DNA of 36,387 bases from a virus (lineage: Duplodnaviria > Caudoviricetes), in the IMG/VR virus record IMGVR_UViG_3300011337_000169, positions 1-36,387 of that record, one strand, 5' to 3'. Under the pieces are notes generated by a model. The model searched no databases and was not told where the DNA came from. It worked only from the letters and a program-made list of their open reading frames with translations. The position numbers and the translations under genes are program-made. This document shows, one piece after another, positions 36,073-36,387 of the stretch. Every line of letters begins with the position of its first letter. Position 1 is the first letter of the stretch.

Positions 36073-36260
36073 TTGGCAGTCAAAAAACGTCGCGCTACCA
36101 TAGGGAAGATTGGCATTATTGGCTATTTATAGTTAGACGTCTGATTTTTTGTACAGGGTATATATGTAGCGCGGGCGTCAATTCTGCGCGTTTATGGCGC
36201 GACTTTCCGCGCTATGCCAAGACCGCCAATATAGCCAATGCTTGCCAGCTCGCACGCCAA
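36073..36260. repeat. Inverted clusters of TTGGC / GCCAA pentamers (iteron-like)
   Basis: TTGGC at 36073, 36110, 36119; GCCAA at 36216, 36225, 36234, 36256; GCCAG at 36244. Confidence 0.7.
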
Positions 36261-36387
36261 ACTGCTAACTGCTATCTGCAAAGAAACTACATGCAAAATA
36301 GTGGACTGGTCGGTCGGTCGGTCGGCTGGTCGGCCTGCCGGCCTGCCGGCCTGCCGGCCTGCCGGCCTGCCGGCCTGCCGGCCTGCC
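36261..36387. repeat. Terminal direct repeat, copy 2
   Basis: Identical to 1-127. Confidence 0.95.

Overview
The window appears to be a complete, circularly assembled ~36,260-bp tailed phage genome; bases 1-127 recur exactly at 36261-36387, most likely as an assembler overlap. It has P22-like podovirus morphogenesis genes on the + strand (TerS, TerL, portal, scaffold, coat, gp4/gp10-like tail hub, fibres, three ejection proteins) followed by a lysis cassette with a GH108 endolysin. A divergent replication module encodes VRR-NUC, an SNF2 helicase, a Cas4-like exonuclease, an SSB-like protein, PolA and a primase-helicase. A leftward early operon carries small genes and a beta-clamp-like protein. 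I see no integrase, repressor, tRNA or CRISPR array. Four free-standing HNH genes and three candidate DNA-modification genes are interleaved with the core genes. The most notable signals are: (1) five overlapping Chi octamers (GCTGGTGG) inside a microsatellite block just upstream of terS; (2) an XF1762/Mom-like gene whose C-terminus is shifted out of frame by a G9 tract; (3) a Mom-like + Dam + PAPS-reductase-like modification set; (4) a probable antisense RNA over the primase leader; (5) a PhaR-box-like palindrome and iteron-like repeats in the non-coding control region. Family assignments come from motif recognition by eye, not from database searches.
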